Assembly: GCF_009914755.1 (NCBI RefSeq)
Contig: NC_060941.1
Source of the DNA: the human T2T-CHM13v2.0 reference genome, Homo sapiens
DNA length: 64,000 nucleotides
Direction: 5' to 3' (one strand)
A model generated the notes under the pieces. It did not search any database. It was not told where the DNA came from and saw only the letters and a list, made by a program, of their open reading frames with translations. A program made the position numbers and the translations under genes. Below are positions 40,238 to 64,000 of the stretch, piece after piece (positions within the stretch are counted from its first letter, which is position 1; each line of letters begins with the position of its first letter).

Positions 40238-41799
40238 TGAGAGTTGACAGCGTGCTGGCAGCCCTCGCTGGCTCTCAGCGCCTCCTCAGCCTTGGCGCCT
40301 ACTCTGGCTGCGCTTGAGGAGCCCTTCAGCCCGCCACTGCACTGTGGGAGCCCCTCCCTGGGCTGGCCGAGGCCGGAGCCGGCTCCCTCAGCTTGTGGGG
40401 AGGTGTGGAGGGAGAGGCGCGGGTGGGAACTGGGGCTGCGTGCTGCACTTGTGGGCCAGCGCGAGTTCCAGGTGGGCATGGGCTCCGCAGGCCCTGCACT
40501 CGGAGCGGCCAGCTGGCGCTGCTGGCCGCAGGCAGTGAGGGGCTTAGCACCCGGGCCACTAGCTGCAGAGGGTGCGCCGGGTCCCCCAGCAGTGCTGGCC
40601 CACCGGCGCTGCGCTGGATTTCTCGCCGGGCCTTAGCTGACTCCCCATGAGGCAGGGCTTGGGACCTGCAGCCTGCCATACCTGAGGCCCCCCCCCCGCC
40701 ACCCCCCCGCCTCACACAGCCCAAGCCTCCCCGATGAGCACCACCCCCTGCTCCACGGTGCCCGGTCCCGTCGACTGCCCAAGGGCTGAGGAGTGCGGGC
40801 CCAAGGGCTGAGGAGTGCGGGCCCAAGGGCTGAGGAGTGTGGGCGCAAGGCCCGGGACTGGCAGGCAGCTCCACCTGCGGCCCCGGTGCGGGATCCACTG
40901 CAAAGCCAGCTGGGCTCCTGAGTCTAGTGGGGACTTGGAGAACCTTTATGTCTAGCTAAGGGATTGTAAATACACCAATCAGCACTCCGTATCTAGCTCG
41001 AGGTTTGTAAACACGCCAGTCAGCACCCTGTGTCTAGCTCAGGGTTTGTGGATGCAACAATCAGCACTCTGTATCTAGCTAATCTGGTGGGGACTTGGAG
41101 AATCTTTATGTCTAGCCAAGGTATTGTAAATATACCAGTCAGCACTCTGTGTCTAGCTCAAGGTTTGTAAATGCACCAATCAGTGCTCTGTGTCTGGCTA
41201 ATCTAGTGGGGACTTGGAGAACTTTTGTGTCTATCTCAGGGATTGTAAATGCACCAATCAGCACCCTGTCAAAACGGACCAATCAGTTCTCTGTAAAACA
41301 GACTAATCAGCTCTCTGTAAAATGGACCAATCAGCAGGATGTGGGTGGTGCCAGATAAGGGAATAAAAGCAGGCTCAGCCAACATTGGCAACACGGTGGG
41401 GTGGCTTCCACACCGTGGAAGCTTAGTTCTTTTGCCCTTTGCAATAAATCTTGCTGCTGCTCACTGGGTCCACACTGTCTTTATGAGCTGTAACACTCAC
41501 TGCGAAGGTCTGCAGCTTCACTCCTGAAGCCAGGGAGACCACCAACCCACCAGAAGGAACGAACAACTCCAGACGCGCAGCATTAAAAGCTGTAACACTC
41601 ACCGGGAAAGTCTGCAGCTTCATTCCTGAAGCCAGCGAGACCACGAACCCACCAGAAGGAAGAAACTCCGAACACATCCGAACATCAGAAGGAACAAATT
41701 CTGGACACACTGCCTTTAAGAACTGTAACACTCGTGGCAAGGGTCTGCGGTTTCATTCTTGAAGTCAGTGAGACCAAGAACCCACCAATTCTGGACACA
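40238..41799 (+). mobile_element. LTR12 (ERV9) solo LTR, LTR12C-like, full length, sense to PPM1D
   Basis: Starts TGAGAGTTGACAGCGTGCTGGC and ends GGACACA, with 4-bp TSD TTAC (40234-40237 / 41800-41803). Has a GC-rich 5' U3, tandem CCAAT/TCTAGCT enhancer repeats, GATA + AATAAAA promoter (41353-41368), polyA AATAAA (41443-41448) and U5 repeats. Confidence 0.95.
40777..40850 (+). repeat. 22-bp tandem repeat (3 copies + partial) inside LTR12
   Basis: GCCCAAGGGCTGAGGAGTGCGG at 40777, 40799 and 40821 (1 mismatch), with a partial copy at 40843. Confidence 0.95.
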
Positions 41800-41869
41800 T
41801 TACTACCTTTGTAACCTTCAGTAAAACTATTTGCACCAGGGTATCCTTACCTATAAAATAGAGATGTTA

Positions 41870-49915
<8,046 letters not shown>

Positions 49916-50318
49916 AGTAGCTTTTTCAGAAAGCCTTTTAGAAGAGATATGAGTAAACAGATGCTAAGTGGCTGGCTAAATGATACCACAACTCTTGAAT
50001 CAAAACTGATTCAGATTAAAAAAACCTCTTAACACATTCTTTCCTATCAATGTAGTTAGGACTAAGAGTCATGTAGCAGTAGTAAACCTGTCCTGTAATA
50101 TATTTCTCTTAGGATTGGTTTGATAGTTGTATCATAATTGCATTATTTATAACATTAATTTATTAATGTATTCATTAATTAACCTAAGTCCTTTAGTAGT
50201 TTTCAGAATATTTTTCTTAAATTGTTTCCTGTGCTAATTCGAATGTTAACATGCTAATTCAGAGTTTGTTGCCATTTGTATCCTGACAGTGTATTAATGT
50301 TTATACTTGCAAGAGTGA

Positions 50319-50570
<252 letters not shown>

Positions 50571-51324
50571 TAACATTCTGTCGTTTTCTCTTTCCTCTTT
50601 TGGTTCTATTTAGTCCTTTTATGCTTTACTAATGAAATTGACCTACTACTGTCCCTTTTACTGAAGTTACTTTCTTAGTATTACAGGTTTTTTAGTTTGT
50701 CTGATGTAATACTCATGTATGTATGTTCATATTTTTCTCATTACTATGAATTGACTTTTATTTCTGATAATGACTCTAATAGGAAATAATATTTCAGTGA
50801 GCCCCAAGGAAACAATTCAAGGTTTTACTGAAAACCTTTCAGATGACTTTCAGAATCTAGACGGAGCAGCTCTTGGAGTTCCAGAGTAGAACACTTTGAA
50901 TCTGGCTGGGGGAAAAAGATTAAGTTAGAATTAACCTTCAGCTTTTTTCATTGATTTCAGATTTACTGCAAACCTTTCCAGTTATTGTTTTCTTTGTTTG
51001 AACTTAGCGTTTCAATGTGTAAGTAATTTGTAAACTAGGAACTGAAATTGATTTCAATTTTATATTTTTATGATTCAAACTTAAATGAAAGATTATTCTA
51101 AAAATCAAGAGAGTGAATAACATGAAAAAATTTAAAAATTATCTCAATACTAATTTTTAAAAATTGAGGATATGAGGCAAGTTGAGTAGAATCCAATGTT
51201 TTCTAAATAATCCTTCTAACTAAAGCCTTCCCATGATATCGTTACTTGCCTCTTTTTTGCTTTTATTAAATCAAAATTGGTCTTTTGCAGAGAAACGACA
51301 AACTAAGGAAAATAATTAGCATCT

Positions 51325-60340
<9,016 letters not shown>

Positions 60341-60622
60341 TCCACTTAGATAAGGCCTTCTGTCAACCCCCAATTGTTTACTAATTAGGTAGTGTTGCTT
60401 TTTTTTTGACATGGTATTTATACTTACTTTTCTTCACATTACATTCATTTGGTTATACTGCCTATTCCAGTAATCTCAAAATTTTCCACTTTGAATCTAC
60501 CCTAATTCCTCTCTGAACAGGAATTTTGGCTTATGCATCTTTGTATTTGAAACACATAAGACATTATTTTGTAATAATGTAGTCTTATTTTATTAGTGAT
60601 TTAATATACTGAGCTATCTTAG

Positions 60623-60802
<180 letters not shown>

Positions 60803-60914
60803 TAGGACTTAATTTGGTGAAATTATATTGAATTTTCTACAATATATGGTGGCAAAATAAAAGAGGAGACAGAACTAAACCCTTACTTGGCATATAGTGA
60901 GGGTAGAGATATCA

Positions 60915-61037
<123 letters not shown>

Positions 61038-61553
61038 CTAGCCAACATGGTGAAACTGCATCTTCACTAAAAAATACAAAAATTAGCTGGGCATAGTGAT
61101 GTGTAGCTGTAGTCCTAGCTACTCAAGAGGCTGAGTCAGGAGAATTGCTTGAAAGCAGGAGGCAGAGGTTGCAGTGATCGCATCACTGCACTCCAGCCTG
61201 GGCGACAGAGCAAGACTCTAAAAAAAAGCCTAATTGAGGGGAAGGTTTAGGTATATAATTCACTGACAGTTGCCCTTTGTTCATGAGTCACGTTCAATGT
61301 TTTGCTAATTTCTATCTCTGTTTAGGGAAGTATATGCATATCTAGGCTTAATGTTACCCTTGAAACTATTTTTAAGTATCCCATTCTCCTTTAGCCCTTA
61401 ATAGTCCTCCTGAGAGCCTTCAAAACCTCTTTTTTCTTTAGTTAGGAAAGTAAAATAACTATGAAAAAAATAGTTATATTTCTGGTCTACCTGGCTTTGG
61501 AAAGAAGGCTAGAGAATTACACCTGTTAAGGTGTCTTACCTTGGCTATGCTAG

Positions 61554-61907
<354 letters not shown>

Positions 61908-61913
61908 TAATAA

Positions 61914-62213
<300 letters not shown>

Positions 62214-62269
62214 TAGTAGAGACGGGGTTTCTCTATGTTGGTCAGACTGGTCTTGAACTCCTGACCTCA

Positions 62270-62389
<120 letters not shown>

Positions 62390-62644
62390 TTACCAACTGT
62401 TTTTGTGTCGTAACACTCACACAAGATGATAATATTTCTACAGTAAGCAGAGGAGGCTACTTGAGACTGAGGTAACTAACATGGACTCTCTAGCCACTGA
62501 GGACCCACCCTGCTGCCCCTAGGCCTCACTCATCCAAGGAATACCAATTGGGAGACTCAGTTCAGAGATATCTACATGTTTAGTTTTATTAGGTATTGCT
62601 AAATTTCTTCCCAAAGTGATTATCCCAGGTTATTACAGTCCCGC

Positions 62645-63110
62645 TGTATTAGTTATCTATTGCTGTGTAATCAAATACTCCCACACTTAGGAGTTTAAAA
62701 CATTTTTTATGTACACAGTTCCTCCGGCTCAGGAACCCGGGGTGACTTAACTGGATGGTTCTGGCTCAGGGTCTCTTGTGTAGCTGCAATCAAGATGTCA
62801 TTAATCATCGAAGCCTTCAATGGGGTTGGAGCATCTACTTGTAAGACAGCTCACTGAGTAACCTGGATTGGCTGGAGGCTTCAGTTTCTTGCTTTGCCGG
62901 CCTCTGCATAGGGTTGCTTGATGTGTCTTCATCACATGGCAGCTGGCTTCCTTAGAGCAAGTGATCATAAAAAGACATTTTGACTTCTACCTTGCTTTCT
63001 TGATCACTTGCTGTAGGGAACCCAGCTTTGTATTTTGTTAGCCCTGAATCACTAAATCAAGCCCACCCTCAAGTATATCAAATAATTTGTGGATGTATTT
63101 TAAAAGCATA
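62645..63110 (-). mobile_element. MaLR LTR (MLT1G/H-like)
   Basis: tgtattagttatctattgctgtgtaa...ggttctggctcagggtctct...cacatggcagctggcttcc. Confidence 0.7.
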
Positions 63111-63139
63111 TAGTTCCTACTTCTTCATGATTGTTCTTT

Positions 63140-63500
63140 ATTCACCAAATATTTATTAAATACCTGCTATGTGCTAGGTACTGTTCCAGGTGCTGAGGAT
63201 TCAGCAGTGAATGAAACAAAAATTCCTGCACCCATGGAGCTTACTTTCTAGGTTAGGGGAAAACATGATAAACTAAAATAACTAAGTAGGACACATACTG
63301 TGTTAGAAATGCTACCAAGAAAAATAAAGCAGGGAATGCTATGAGGGTGGGGCCTGTATAATAATTCTAAATGGGATGGTCAGAGGAGGGTCTCGCTAAG
63401 ATGATATGTCAGTAAAGTGTAAGTAAAGAGATGAGGCAGTGAGACCTGTGAGTGTCTGGGGCCACAGAATTTAGGCAGAAGTAACAAATGTAAGGGTTCT
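63140..63500 (-). mobile_element. L2 3' fragment
   Basis: ttcaccaaatatttattaaatacctgctatgtgctaggtactgttccaggtgctgaggattcagcagtgaa. Confidence 0.75.
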
Positions 63501-63669
63501 CATTACTCATGAATTTTTCTCTTTTTTTTTTGAGATGAGGTCTCACTCTGTGCCCTAGGCTAGAGCTCATTGCAGCCCCTAAAGTCCTGGGCTCAAGTGT
63601 TCCCCCAGCCTCAGCTTCCCAAGTAGCTGGGGCTACAGGTGCATGCCATCACACCCAACTAATTTTTAA

Positions 63670-63998
<329 letters not shown>

Positions 63999-64000
63999 AA

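Noticed and set aside
40920-41335. Regularly spaced ~40-bp repeats superficially like a CRISPR array
   Set aside because: They are the normal ERV9 U3 enhancer repeats: degenerate units with no unique spacers, in a human genomic context.
40234-41740. ORFs of 60-190 aa within LTR12
   Set aside because: These are GC-rich LTR sequence and the 22-bp repeat read in different frames, with no gag/pol/env similarity. The element is a solo LTR with a TSD.
62444-62471. Possible 28-nt micro-exon (tttctacAG|...CTGAG|GTAACT) in intron 3
   Set aside because: Weak pyrimidine tract and frameshifting; such site pairs arise often by chance.

Overview
Human genomic DNA, identified from the encoded protein as the 5' part of PPM1D (WIP1, PP2C-delta phosphatase) on the + strand. 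The window holds about 26.5 kb of repeat-dense upstream sequence, a CpG-island promoter (CRE, CCAAT, NRF1-like, kappaB-like and E2F motifs, plus a p53 half-site in the 5' UTR), and coding exons 1-3 (27214-27685, 50341-50569, 60673-60797; codons 1-275 plus 1 nt). The gene continues past the window. The rest is mostly interspersed repeats: roughly 80-90 Alu copies or fragments by eye, ancient L1/L2/MIR, MaLR and ERV1 LTRs, and hAT/Tigger DNA transposons. Most ORFs in the supplied track are Alu or L1 artefacts. I see no wholly new gene system. The best hypothesis-level signals are: (1) an intact, sense-oriented LTR12/ERV9 solo LTR in intron 1, upstream of an in-frame Met164; (2) exons 2+3 form a 354-nt phase-symmetric unit that would circularise into a stop-free ORF and is flanked by inverted Alus; (3) two inverted Alu arms with shared private mutations bracket exon 3; (4) a chimeric Alu with an AluYb8-type 3' end, suggesting a human-specific insertion-mediated deletion or gene conversion; (5) a 42-bp perfect palindrome and other template-switch scars. 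Repeat boundaries and subfamily calls were made by eye and are approximate.
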